A stretch of DNA of 64,000 bases. Origin: Acidimicrobiia bacterium. Its GTDB lineage: Bacteria > Actinomycetota > Acidimicrobiia > IMCC26256 > PALSA-555. The notes beneath the pieces are model-generated. The model searched no databases. It had not been told where the DNA came from and saw only the letters and a program-made list of their open reading frames with translations. The DNA is taken from assembly GCA_035763745.1 (NCBI GenBank), contig DASUAO010000055.1:2509-66508 (forward strand). Direction: 5' to 3'. Of the stretch, positions 19,357 to 28,273 are shown piece after piece. Position numbers and translations under genes: made by a program. Within the stretch, counting starts at the first letter, position 1, and each line of letters opens with the position of its first letter.

Positions 19357-19716
19357 GTGCCCGTCGACTCGATCGGTTTCCTGGACGACGACGGCAACGA
19401 GGTCGTTCTCGACGTCGAGGAGGCGGAGTCGCTGTGGGCGCTCGTGGGAGGTCTCGACGGCGCGACGGTGTCGGCCTGCCCGGGGTGTCGTAGCCGCGTC
19501 CTCGCGTGCGTGGCGGTGGTGGACCTGCTCGAGTCGGCGCCACCACATCCCCGAGCACGTGACCTGGCGGACCTGGCCGAGGACGCGCCGACGCTCCACC
19601 TCTACGTCCAGGACCTGACCGCGGAGTGCCGTCACCGCGCCTGGCGGGACCCAGGGGCCCAGGAGTGGCGCGACGCGCTCGACGAGCTCCTCGGCGAGCC
19701 CCGCGGCCTCCGCTGA
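19357..19716 (+). CDS. Hypothetical protein (acidic, CPGC-containing)
   Basis: C-terminal 119 aa of ORF 18502..19716, starting at an in-frame GTG. The composition becomes protein-like (FLDDDGNEVVLDVEEAESLWALV...SACPGCRSRV). The upstream part of the ORF is antisense to the MDR gene. Confidence 0.45.
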   Translation: MPVDSIGFLDDDGNEVVLDVEEAESLWALVGGLDGATVSACPGCRSRVLACVAVVDLLESAPPHPRARDLADLAEDAPTLHLYVQDLTAECRHRAWRDPGAQEWRDALDELLGEPRGLR

Positions 19717-19732
19717 CACCGCGTGCACCGCG

Positions 19733-20317
19733 TCAGCGGTCGATGCGGGGTCGCTTGAACTCGTTGATGTCGGTCACCGGGAGCAGCGCGAGCACCCGCG
19801 CGAGGTCGTCGACGTCCTCGCGCTGCATCAGCCGGACGAAGGCGGCGTCGTCGCCCTCGATGAAGGTCGGGACGCCCCACACCCCCCAGCGTTCGACGCC
19901 TTCGGTGTGCTCGGCTTCGAGGGTCTTCAGCGGCCGCCCGCTCGCGACCTCGTCGGCGAGTGCGGCGGGGTCACCGCCGGCGCCGCTGATCGCGTCGTGC
20001 AGCACCCCCGCGTCGTCGATCTTGCGGCCGTGGTCGTGGCGGGCGGCGAACAGCGCGAGGTGCACGGCGGGAAAGACCTCGGGGGACGTGTCGCGCGCCG
20101 CGATCCCGTACAGGAGCGCGAGGACGCCGCTCCCCCAGTCCGCGGGGTCGCGCTCCCACATGGGCGGTTCACCCTCACCGACATGGGCCTGGTCGAGGGA
20201 GAACGCGAGGTAGCGCGGCTCGAGGTCGAGTGCTTCGGCGCCCGCCATGAGGGTCGCATTGCCGTTGTAGGCGAACGGGCATCGGTAGTCGAAGGTGACG
20301 GTGATGGTCCGGGCCAT
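19733..20317 (-). CDS. DsbA-like thioredoxin-fold protein (single-Cys CPFA variant)
   Basis: Start at MARTITVTFDYRCPFAYNG, with VWGVPTFIEGD near the C-terminus. This is the DsbA / HCCA-isomerase-like pattern. Confidence 0.7.
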   Translation of the reverse strand: MARTITVTFDYRCPFAYNGNATLMAGAEALDLEPRYLAFSLDQAHVGEGEPPMWERDPADWGSGVLALLYGIAARDTSPEVFPAVHLALFAARHDHGRKIDDAGVLHDAISGAGGDPAALADEVASGRPLKTLEAEHTEGVERWGVWGVPTFIEGDDAAFVRLMQREDVDDLARVLALLPVTDINEFKRPRIDR

Positions 20318-20325
20318 CGGACTCC

Positions 20326-20853
20326 TCAGGTGGTGATCCGGCGCGCCGCGGGTGCGAGCGCCAGGCCGAGCGCGGCTCCTGCGACCACGTCGGACGGATG
20401 GTGGAGGCGGACGTAGACGCGGCTGCACGCGACCAGGCCGGCCAGGGTGAACCAGGCGGGCGCGGTGCGACGGCCGTGTGAGAGCACTGCCGCGCACATG
20501 AACGCGGTGGCGGCGTGGCCCGACGGGAACGACGACGTGACGGGTCGACGCATCTTGAAGGGGAGCGGCTCGTCGTGGTCGTAGTGGTCCTGGGGGCGGA
20601 CTCGCCGGAACAGCGACTTCACGAGCCCGTTCGTGATCGCGGACTCGATGCCCAGCGCGGTGCTGAAGCGCAGCGCGACGCGAGGGTCACGACGCGCGAC
20701 CGCGCGCCCGATCCCCATCAGGTGCCAGAGCATGCCGTGGTCGGCCGCGCTCGAGAGTCCGTAGAAGAGTCGGTCGAGTGCCGGCGAGCGTCGCGGCTCG
20801 AGCCATTTTTCGATCGCCTCGTCGAATTCGCGCGCCCGATCGGTCAACGCCAT
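20326..20853 (-). CDS. PAP2 superfamily phosphatase
   Basis: KSLFRRVRP...SFPSGHAATAF...SRVYVRLHHPSDVVAGA are the three PAP2 motifs. Confidence 0.85.
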   Translation of the reverse strand: MALTDRAREFDEAIEKWLEPRRSPALDRLFYGLSSAADHGMLWHLMGIGRAVARRDPRVALRFSTALGIESAITNGLVKSLFRRVRPQDHYDHDEPLPFKMRRPVTSSFPSGHAATAFMCAAVLSHGRRTAPAWFTLAGLVACSRVYVRLHHPSDVVAGAALGLALAPAARRITT

Positions 20854-20862
20854 GACCCGATG

Positions 20863-21813
20863 CTACCGGTGAGCCTCCGGTGCTCCGAGGTCCACGATCG
20901 GCCCGTAGGTGTCGGGTCGGCGCGTCGTGAGGAACGGGAAGAGCGTGAGCCAGTCGCGGCGGGCATCGAGGTCGAGGTCGACGACGAGCGCACATGGCTC
21001 GTCGCGGGGCGCTCGTGCGAGCACTCGCCCGTACGGATCGCACACGAACGACGATCCGTAGAACTCGAGCGGGCCCTCGGTGCCGACGCGGTTCACCACG
21101 ATCATGTGCAGACCGTTCGCGATCGCGTTGCCGGTGATCACGCGCTCCCACAACGGTTGGGTGTCGAAGTCCGGGTGGCCGGGCTCGGATCCGATCGCCG
21201 TGGGATAGACGAGCACGTCGGCGCCGCCGAGGGAGTAGGCCCGGGCGACCTCGGGAAACCACTGGTCCCAACACGTGGGGAACCCGAAGGTCGCGTGCTC
21301 GACCGAGACCGGCGGGTAGCCGTCGTGTCCGGGCAGGAACCAGCGGTCCTCGTGGTAGCCCTCGGTGACCGGGAGGTGCGTCTTGCGCGTGTGCGCCAGC
21401 AGCTCGCCGTGGGGATCGACGCAGATCGCGGTGTTGTACCCGAGGGTGGAGCCGTCGGCGTGCTCGTAGAGGGACGCGTGGACGGCGACGCCGTGCTCGG
21501 TCGCGAGGCGGGTCACGAAAGCATGGGTCGGGCCCCCGACGAGCGGCTCGGGCGCGATCGCGACGCCCAGCACGTCATGGCCGGGACCGCGCGGGTCGAC
21601 TGCGAAGTAGGGCGAGAGCGTCAGCTCCATGAGGCAGACGACGCGGGCGCCGGCGGTGGCCGCGGCGCGGACACCCTCCGCGAGCGCGGCGGTGTGCTGC
21701 TCGGGATCGGGATGCCAGCGATGCTGCACGAGCCCGACCCGGAGCGGAGCCCGGGCAGGTGGATCGACACGAGCGGGGGACGGAGCCGGGCCTTCGGTGA
21801 CGATGACACGCAT
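20863..21813 (-). CDS. Carbon-nitrogen hydrolase (nitrilase superfamily; N-carbamoylputrescine amidase-like)
   Basis: 316 aa from MRVIVTEG. VVCLMELTLSPYF, HTRKTHLP, FGFPTCWDQWFPE (catalytic Cys context) and VLVYPTAIGSEP. Confidence 0.85.
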   Translation of the reverse strand: MRVIVTEGPAPSPARVDPPARAPLRVGLVQHRWHPDPEQHTAALAEGVRAAATAGARVVCLMELTLSPYFAVDPRGPGHDVLGVAIAPEPLVGGPTHAFVTRLATEHGVAVHASLYEHADGSTLGYNTAICVDPHGELLAHTRKTHLPVTEGYHEDRWFLPGHDGYPPVSVEHATFGFPTCWDQWFPEVARAYSLGGADVLVYPTAIGSEPGHPDFDTQPLWERVITGNAIANGLHMIVVNRVGTEGPLEFYGSSFVCDPYGRVLARAPRDEPCALVVDLDLDARRDWLTLFPFLTTRRPDTYGPIVDLGAPEAHR

Positions 21814-21863
21814 CGGCCCATTGTGGCGCTCGACGCGCGGCGCTGTGTCGGGCGGCGTGGCGG

Positions 21864-22706
21864 TCAGGCGGTGCGCAGCGCGGGCTCGGACGCGACCGCG
21901 TCGGCGAGGGTGCCGCGCAGCTCGACCGCGCGGTCGGGGTCGCCGCCGTGGGCCGGGCAGTACGGCTTGAAGGAGCAGAAGTCGCAGAGCCGGCTGGGTT
22001 TGGCGCGGAAGTCCTCGCGCTCGCAGGCGCCCTCGATCGCGGTCCACAGCGCGCTCGTGCGGCGCTCGACGCCCCGGCAGGTCTGCTCGGTGGGGGTCGC
22101 GATGATCGCTTCGGGCTTGGACAGGTAGAGGAGCTGCACCTTGGCGGGGCGACGCCCCAGCATCTGCTGGCAGAGCAGCGCGTAGATGTGGACGCCACCG
22201 AGGCTCTTGGCCTCGAAGAACTCGGACGGGACGCGCCCGGTCTTGTAGTCCGTGACCACGAGCTCGCCGTCGCCGTCGAGCTCGAGCCGGTCGATGATGC
22301 CGCGGATGCGCACGGCCCCGAGGTCGGCCTGCAGCTTGAGCTCGAGCCCGATCGGGTGGATGGCCGTGGGGTCCTCGAGCTCGAAGTAGCGCCGGACGAG
22401 GGTCTCGGCGTCGGCATGGAACGCGGCCCACCCGTCGTCGTCGAGGTCGAGGAGCGCGAACTCGGGGTCCCCGGCGAGCCCGGCGCGGGCCCGGTCGAGG
22501 TCGGCGAGCGCGGCGTCGACGGAGCGGTCGTGCGGTGGCCGGCACATCAGCAGCTCGAGCGCCCGGTGCACGAGCGTGCCCTTCGAGGCGGCTGCGGACG
22601 GAGGCTCGGGGAGCCGGTCGAGATAGGAGAACCGGAACGCGAGTGGGCACTCCTTGAAGCTGGAGATCGAGCTGGGGGAGAGCGACTTCGGCTTCTCGAG
22701 GGCCAT
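21864..22706 (-). CDS. RecB-family PD-(D/E)XK exonuclease (Cas4/AddB-type Cys cluster)
   Basis: Start at MALEKPKSLSPSSISSFKECPLAF. IRGIIDRLE...LVVTDYKTG nuclease core. C-terminal CDFCSFKPYC. Confidence 0.8.
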   Translation of the reverse strand: MALEKPKSLSPSSISSFKECPLAFRFSYLDRLPEPPSAAASKGTLVHRALELLMCRPPHDRSVDAALADLDRARAGLAGDPEFALLDLDDDGWAAFHADAETLVRRYFELEDPTAIHPIGLELKLQADLGAVRIRGIIDRLELDGDGELVVTDYKTGRVPSEFFEAKSLGGVHIYALLCQQMLGRRPAKVQLLYLSKPEAIIATPTEQTCRGVERRTSALWTAIEGACEREDFRAKPSRLCDFCSFKPYCPAHGGDPDRAVELRGTLADAVASEPALRTA

Positions 22707-22843
22707 GTGAGGCACGGTACCGGAGGGGTGTGACATCGACGAGGACCTGCTCTCGCCCGGGTCCGGTGCCCGGACCACGGGATCGAGCCTTCGGGTACGG
22801 TGCCGGCGCGGTGCTCGACGACTCCGGGAAGGCAGGCGCGACG

Positions 22844-23854
22844 ATGAAGGTGGACGGCGGGATCCCGATGACGGGCATCGGTGCCATCGCCGAGGCGGCG
22901 CAGCGGCTCGAGGAGGTGGGCTACGACGGCGGGCTCACCGCCGAGATGAGCCACGACCCCTTCCTCCCACTCGTCATCGCCGCGGAGCACACCGAGACCC
23001 TCGAGCTCGGCACGGGGATCGCGGTCGCGTTCGCCCGCAACCCGATGACGCTGGCCAACCTGGGCTACGACCTCCAGGTGTTCAGCAAGGGCCGGTTCCG
23101 GCTCGGGCTCGGCAGCCAGATCAAGCCCCACATCGAGAAGCGGTTCTCGATGCCGTGGTCCCATCCGGCGGCCCGCATGCGGGAGCTGATCCTCGCGATG
23201 CGTGCGATCTGGGCGTGCTGGAACGACGGGACACCGCTCGACTTCCGCGGCGAGTTCTATCGGCACACGCTGATGACGCCGTTCTTCGTCCCCGGCCCGA
23301 ACCCCTACGGCGATCCGCGCATCCACCTCGCGGCCGTCGGCGAGCGCATGACCGAGGTGGCCGGCGAGGTGGCCGACGGGGTGATCCTGCACGCCTTCAC
23401 GACCCGCCGGTACGTGGAGGAAGTCACGATCCCCGCGCTGGAGCGAGGCTTCGCACGCGCGGGGCGGACGCGCGACGACTTCGAGATCTCGGGACCCCTG
23501 TTCATCGTCTCCGGCAGCGACGAGGAGGAGCTCGCCCGGGCCCGCGCCGGGACCAAGCAGCAGATCGCGTTCTACGGCTCGACGCCGGCGTACCGCGGCG
23601 TGCTCGAGCTGCACGGGTGGGGCGACCTCCAGACCGAGCTCAACCGCCTCTCGAAGCAGGGGGAGTGGGTCGCGATGGGCGAGCTCATCACCGACGACAT
23701 CCTCGAGGAGTTCGCGGTCGTGGCCGAGCCGGAAGGTGTCCCTGCGGCGATGCTGGCCCGCTACGGCGGCATCGTGGACCGGCTCTCGTTCTATGCGCCC
23801 TACGAGAGCGACCCTGAGCGGTGGAAGCAGGTGCTGGCCGGCTTCAAGGCCTGA
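22844..23854 (+). CDS. LLM-class (luciferase-like) oxidoreductase, probably F420-dependent
   Basis: 336 aa from MKVDGG. LGTGIAVAFARNPMTLA...LGLGSQIKPHIEKRF...IAFYGSTPAYRGVLELHGW. Confidence 0.82.
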   Translation: MKVDGGIPMTGIGAIAEAAQRLEEVGYDGGLTAEMSHDPFLPLVIAAEHTETLELGTGIAVAFARNPMTLANLGYDLQVFSKGRFRLGLGSQIKPHIEKRFSMPWSHPAARMRELILAMRAIWACWNDGTPLDFRGEFYRHTLMTPFFVPGPNPYGDPRIHLAAVGERMTEVAGEVADGVILHAFTTRRYVEEVTIPALERGFARAGRTRDDFEISGPLFIVSGSDEEELARARAGTKQQIAFYGSTPAYRGVLELHGWGDLQTELNRLSKQGEWVAMGELITDDILEEFAVVAEPEGVPAAMLARYGGIVDRLSFYAPYESDPERWKQVLAGFKA

Positions 23855-23864
23855 GCTCGCCGGG

Positions 23865-23885
23865 GCGGGGCCGCTCAGGCCCCGC
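23865..23885 (+). terminator. GC hairpin immediately after the LLM gene
   Basis: GCGGGGCC-gctca-GGCCCCGC, 8-bp perfect stem, 11 nt after the stop. No U-tract, as is common in high-GC actinobacteria. Confidence 0.45.
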
Positions 23886-24152
23886 TCGGGATCGGGTGCG
23901 CACACTGGCAGGGTTCGCAGTCCCCTGTCCGTGTGCGGTGCGCCGTGAGCGACGACGACCAGACCGAGTCGACCGACCAGGACGGCGGGAATCAGGACGA
24001 CGGGAACGAGGACGACCCGCCCCGCGACGAGCGCTGACGCGCGACCCGCCTGCGCCTCGTACCATCACCGGGCTGCTCGGGACGAGACGCCCGCGGGAAC
24101 CAACATCGAGCGCGGACACTTCCGGGTGGGGCCGCGAGGAGGAGCGCACTTG

Positions 24153-24473
24153 ATGGGGAATCGCACGCTCGGCGATGTCGCGACCAAGATGCTCTTCGAG
24201 AACGATCGCGTGCGGGTCTGGGAGCTGGCGCTCGCGCCCGGGGAGTCCTCCGACGTGCACGAGCACACCCTCGACTACCTGCTCGTCCAGCTCGAGGGCG
24301 ACAAGATCACCGGTGACTTCGAGCCCGACACCAACGGTGAGTTCCCGCCGGGGTCGGTGGAGGGCGACGTCGCACCCGGCAACGTGTTCTACACGAGGAA
24401 GGGTGGCATCGAGACCGCCCGTAACACGGGGACCACGCGGTACCGCGAGATCCTCATCGAGCTGAAGGACTGA
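24153..24473 (+). CDS. Cupin domain protein
   Basis: About 106 aa. RVRVWELALAPGESSDVHEHTLDYLLVQLEG...ARNTGTTRYREILIELK. GAGGAGGA lies upstream of the ATG at 24153. Confidence 0.75.
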   Translation: MGNRTLGDVATKMLFENDRVRVWELALAPGESSDVHEHTLDYLLVQLEGDKITGDFEPDTNGEFPPGSVEGDVAPGNVFYTRKGGIETARNTGTTRYREILIELKD

Positions 24474-24478
24474 CGCTG

Positions 24479-25720
24479 TTGCAGCAGCCGGGCGGGGCGG
24501 CGGGAAGCGGATCCGCACCGTTCGGGGCCGGTCCGCATGCAGGCCCTCACGCCGGCCCGCTGCGAGGGCTCCGCGTCCTCGAGGTCGCCACGCTCTACTC
24601 GGCGCCACAGGTCGGTGCCCTGCTCGGTGACCTCGGCGCCGATGTCGTCAAGGTCGAGCAGCGTGGCGGCGACCCGATGCGCGCCATGGGTCAGCACCGT
24701 GACGGCCGCGCCGTCGCGTGGGAGCTCGTCGCGCGGAACAAGCGGTCGATCGTGCTCGACCTCGACGACGCGGCCACCGACGTCCGAGCCGACCGGGCGA
24801 CCGACCGGGACGTGTTCACCCGCCTCGTGGGCGCCGCCGACGTGCTGGTCGAGAACCTCACCCCGGCCGTCCGGACGAGGTGGGGGTGCACGTACGAGCA
24901 GCTCGCCGCGCACAACCCGAGGCTCGTCGTGGTGAGCGTCAGCTGCTACGGGCTGACCGGGCCCTATGCCGATCGACCGGGGGCCGGGACGCTCGCGGAG
25001 GCGTTCGCGGGCCTCACGCACATGACCGGTGAGCCCGACGGCCCTCCCATGCTCTCGTCGGTCGCGGTCGGTGACACGGTCACGGCGTTCTGGGGCGTGA
25101 TCGGCGCCCTCGCCGCGTGCTGGGGGCGTGACGCGGGGCGAGGCGGTGACACGGAGCCGCGCGGGCGCCTCGTCGACGTCAGCATGGTCGAGCCCATGCT
25201 GCACGTGATGGCAGGCACGATCGCGGGATGGGATCGTGAGGGTGCACCACCCATCCGGAGCGGGAGTCGGGTCCCGGGTGGCGTCCCGCGCAACGTCTAT
25301 CGCACTGCCGACGACAAGTACGTCGCGGTGTCGGGGACGACCGACGCCCAGGTGGGGCGAGTGCTCGGGATGCTCGGACGCGTCGACGCCGCTTCCCGCG
25401 ATCGCTTCGGTACCGCCGCGGCACGTCGGACCTCCGGTGACGAGCTCGACGCGCTGGTGGCCGCGTGGATCGCGGCCCGCCCACGTGACGACGTCGTGGC
25501 GTCGTTCGTCGGCGCGCGGGTGCCGATCTCGCCCGTCAACGATGCGCGCGACGTGCTCGGCGATCCACAGGTCCGTGTCCGCGGCGCAGTGGTCGAGCCG
25601 GGGCCGGCCCCCGGTCTCGACGCGCACCACGACGAGGTGCTCGCGGACTGGATCGACGGATCAGGGAGCGACGGATCAGGGAGCGACGGATCAGGGACGG
25701 AGAGCGGCTCCCGGGAGTGA
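24479..25720 (+). CDS. CaiB/BaiF family (class III) CoA-transferase with repeat-encoded C-terminal tail
   Basis: LRGLRVLEVATLYSAPQVGALLGDLGADVVKVE...RNKRSIVLDL. TTG start with AAGGA upstream. The last about 25 aa (DGSGSDGSGSDGSGTESGSRE) are encoded by array B and overlap the convergent SDR gene. Confidence 0.8.
   Translation: MQQPGGAAGSGSAPFGAGPHAGPHAGPLRGLRVLEVATLYSAPQVGALLGDLGADVVKVEQRGGDPMRAMGQHRDGRAVAWELVARNKRSIVLDLDDAATDVRADRATDRDVFTRLVGAADVLVENLTPAVRTRWGCTYEQLAAHNPRLVVVSVSCYGLTGPYADRPGAGTLAEAFAGLTHMTGEPDGPPMLSSVAVGDTVTAFWGVIGALAACWGRDAGRGGDTEPRGRLVDVSMVEPMLHVMAGTIAGWDREGAPPIRSGSRVPGGVPRNVYRTADDKYVAVSGTTDAQVGRVLGMLGRVDAASRDRFGTAAARRTSGDELDALVAAWIAARPRDDVVASFVGARVPISPVNDARDVLGDPQVRVRGAVVEPGPAPGLDAHHDEVLADWIDGSGSDGSGSDGSGTESGSRE
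25654..25698. repeat. Tandem array B: 3 x 15 nt (CGACGGATCAGGGAG/C)
   Basis: Copies at 25654, 25669 and 25684. The TGA stop of the minus-strand SDR gene (25691-25693) lies in copy 3. Copies 2 and 1 add two more in-frame TGAs. Confidence 0.9.
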
Positions 25721-26557
25721 TCCGTCGACGTCCGTGAAGCCGTACGTCGCGGCGAGGGTCTCGGTCGGGATCGCACGGCCCGTCTGCGTCAGCACCTCGG
25801 GATCGGTCGCGAGGGCGACCACACCCCGTCCGACGAAGCGCGGGGTCTCCGCGTCGGCGAGGTCGAATGTCCCCTCGCCGGGAAGGTCGAGGACGAAACG
25901 CCCTTCCTCGGTCCGGCGAGCCCCGAGCTCCACGATCTCCGTGCGCACGAGACCCGGCCACAGCGACACCACGGTGACGCCGTGCGGCTCGAGCTCGTGT
26001 GCCATGTCGGCCGTCATCTTGTCGAGCGCCGCCTTGCCCACGCCGTACACGACGTTGTGCGCGTACTGCACGGCGCCGGAGGAGGAGACGTTGACGATGA
26101 GTCCCTTCGCGTCGAGCAGCATGGGAGCCGCCAGGACGGACGCCACGTAGTGGGAGCGGACACCGATGTCGAGGACCTGGTCCCAGGCCTCGACGGGCAG
26201 CTCCCAGAAGGGCTGTCCGAGCCAGGGTGCGAGATCGATCGCCGAATAGACGTTGTTGACGAGCACGTCGAGGCGACCGTGATCCCGAGTGACACGCGTG
26301 AAGAGCTCCCGCACCGCGTCGTCGTCGTGGTGGTCGCACGCCACTCCGATCGCGCGTCCTCCGCCGGCCTCGATCTCGGTGACCGTGTCGCCGATCGTGC
26401 CGGGGACGGGACCGGCGTCGACGCTGCGCGCGGTGAGCACGACCGTGGCGCCTGCGAGGCCGAGCTCGATCGCGATCCCCTTGCCGATCCCACGACTCGC
26501 GCCGGTCACGACGGCAACTCTTCCTTCCAGCGGTCGATTCCCTCCGGCGCGGTCCAT
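25691..26557 (-). CDS. Short-chain dehydrogenase/reductase (SDR)
   Basis: Start at MDRAGGN. VAVVTGASRGIGKGIA, VLVNNV and YGVGKAALDKM. The 3' end overlaps the CoA-transferase gene by 30 nt. Confidence 0.85.
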   Translation of the reverse strand: MDRAGGNRPLEGRVAVVTGASRGIGKGIAIELGLAGATVVLTARSVDAGPVPGTIGDTVTEIEAGGGRAIGVACDHHDDDAVRELFTRVTRDHGRLDVLVNNVYSAIDLAPWLGQPFWELPVEAWDQVLDIGVRSHYVASVLAAPMLLDAKGLIVNVSSSGAVQYAHNVVYGVGKAALDKMTADMAHELEPHGVTVVSLWPGLVRTEIVELGARRTEEGRFVLDLPGEGTFDLADAETPRFVGRGVVALATDPEVLTQTGRAIPTETLAATYGFTDVDGSLPGAALRP

Positions 26558-26587
26558 CGGACAGATCCTGCCAGGTCCGGTCCGGCG

Positions 26588-27052
26588 ATGGCGCGGCGGG
26601 CCGGGGATCGCGACACTGTCCGGGTGGGGAGCGCAGAAGCCGCGGTCGGTGCGAGCAACGCCGCGTTCTACGCGGCGTTCGAGGCAGGCGACCTCGACGC
26701 GATGGCGGCCGTGTGGGAGCACTCGGACCGGTCGACGGTCACCCATCCGGGATGGCCCACGTTGCGCGGCTGGGCGCGGGTGCTCGGTTCGTTCGAGGCG
26801 ATCTTCGCCGGGACGCCGTTCATCCAGTTCGTGCTCACCGACGAGCACGTCCACGTCGTGGGCGATGCGGCGTGGGTCACCGTCGACGAGAACATCCTCC
26901 AGGCGAGCGGATCACCCGACGGTGGAGGGGCGGACACGGAGGAGCTGTCGGGATCTTCGGTCGCGGCGTTGAACGTGTTCACACGTGATGGTGGGACGTG
27001 GCGCATGGTCGCCCACCACGGTTCACCGGTGAGCGCGACCGAGCCGGGCTGA
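26588..27052 (+). CDS. SnoaL-like / NTF2-like (DUF4440-type) protein
   Basis: 154 aa. SNAAFYAAFEAGDLDAMAAVWEHSDRSTVTHPGWP...GTWRMVAHHGSP. Confidence 0.75.
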   Translation: MARRAGDRDTVRVGSAEAAVGASNAAFYAAFEAGDLDAMAAVWEHSDRSTVTHPGWPTLRGWARVLGSFEAIFAGTPFIQFVLTDEHVHVVGDAAWVTVDENILQASGSPDGGGADTEELSGSSVAALNVFTRDGGTWRMVAHHGSPVSATEPG

Positions 27053-27106
27053 TGTGCTTCTCGGGCGAACCCGACCGCGTCGCAGCGGCACCCGCGCCAC
27101 CCGGCG

Positions 27107-28273
27107 TCAGCCGCTGAGGTCGCCCGTGGCGGTCGCGCGCTCGGCCGCGTGGTCCTGGATCGCCTTGTCGATCGCTCCGGACGCGGCGGTGACGAAACGA
27201 CCTTCGGAGCCGACGATCCAGTCGTAGGACGTCTGCACCGGGTCGAGCTGGCCCTGGAAGTGCGGCATCACGTGGCGGGCGAAGAGCTCGTAGCTCCGGC
27301 GCGTCGCCGCGGGATCGGCCCACTCGTGGCCGAAGATCAAGAACGTGCCGAACCCGCCGGACTGGGTGACGAGCCGCTCGATCTGGCGGATCGCGTCGTC
27401 GGGGGTCCCGATGATCGCGAAGCCGTTGCTGTCGCAGTCCCGGAGGATCGTCTCGACGTCGTCGCCGTCGCCGACCGGGCTCGCCGGGAGCACATGGCGG
27501 AAGTACCGGGCGAACTCGAGGATCCCGAACTCCACGTCCCGGCGGGCCTGCTCCTTCGTCTCGGCGAGGTGCATCGGTCCCACCAGACGCCATCGCGACC
27601 GGTCGGCCGGCTGGGAGAACTCGGCCGCTCGCGCCTCCATGACGTCCCAGTGCGCCGCGAGGATGTCGAAGCCCATCTCGGTGGTCGCGCCGATGGAGAT
27701 CAGGCCGAGCCCGTACTTGCCGGCCGCGCGTGGTCCGGCCGGCGAGATCGAGGCGGCGACCGCGAGCTCGATGCCTTCCTGCGAGTAGGGGGCGAGCTGC
27801 AGCCGCGCGTCGTTGATCTCGAACCACTCCGCCTTCGCGCTGACGGTCTCGCCGCGCAGCAGTCGCACGATCACGTCGAGCGCCTCTTCCATGCGCGCGC
27901 GCTGGGTCTCGGCGGGGATCCCCAGCATGTGTGCGTCGGAGGTCAGCTGTCCGGGACCGCACCCCAACATGGCGCGCCCGCGCGTGAGGTGGTCGAGGAG
28001 GACGAAGCGATCGGCGAGGAGGAGGGGGTGGTGGTACGGCAGGGAGTTCACGCCACTGCCGAGCCGTAGGTGGCGGGTGCGCTCGGCAGCGGTCGCGATG
28101 AACACCTCGGGGGAGGCGATGGTCTCGACACCTCCTGAGTGATGCTCGCCGATCCACGCCTCGTCGAACCCCAGGCGATCGAGGAGGACGAGGAGGTCGA
28201 GGTCGCGCTCGAGTGCGAGCGTGGGGTTCTGCCCGACCGCGTGGAACGGCGCGAGGAAGACGCCGAAGCGCAT
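27107..28273 (-). CDS. LLM-class flavin-dependent monooxygenase (limonene-monooxygenase-like)
   Basis: 388 aa from MRFGVFLAPFH. FDEAWIGEHHSGG...LGSGVNSLPYHHP. The start overlaps the stop of the upstream gene by 1 nt. Confidence 0.85.
   Translation of the reverse strand: MRFGVFLAPFHAVGQNPTLALERDLDLLVLLDRLGFDEAWIGEHHSGGVETIASPEVFIATAAERTRHLRLGSGVNSLPYHHPLLLADRFVLLDHLTRGRAMLGCGPGQLTSDAHMLGIPAETQRARMEEALDVIVRLLRGETVSAKAEWFEINDARLQLAPYSQEGIELAVAASISPAGPRAAGKYGLGLISIGATTEMGFDILAAHWDVMEARAAEFSQPADRSRWRLVGPMHLAETKEQARRDVEFGILEFARYFRHVLPASPVGDGDDVETILRDCDSNGFAIIGTPDDAIRQIERLVTQSGGFGTFLIFGHEWADPAATRRSYELFARHVMPHFQGQLDPVQTSYDWIVGSEGRFVTAASGAIDKAIQDHAAERATATGDLSG

Noticed and set aside
22716-22776. Short palindromes (CGGTACCG, GTCCGGtgcCCGGAC) in the RecB-like/LLM divergent region
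   Set aside because: They are short GC-rich palindromes of a size expected by chance in such DNA. I saw no second copy or known motif.
23821-24153. 110-aa ORF spanning the LLM-cupin intergenic gap
   Set aside because: It starts inside the LLM gene in another frame. The translation is Arg/Pro/Gly-rich (…RRERRRPDRVDRPGRRESGRRERGRP…). The short acidic frame reported in the findings is the more coding-like reading.
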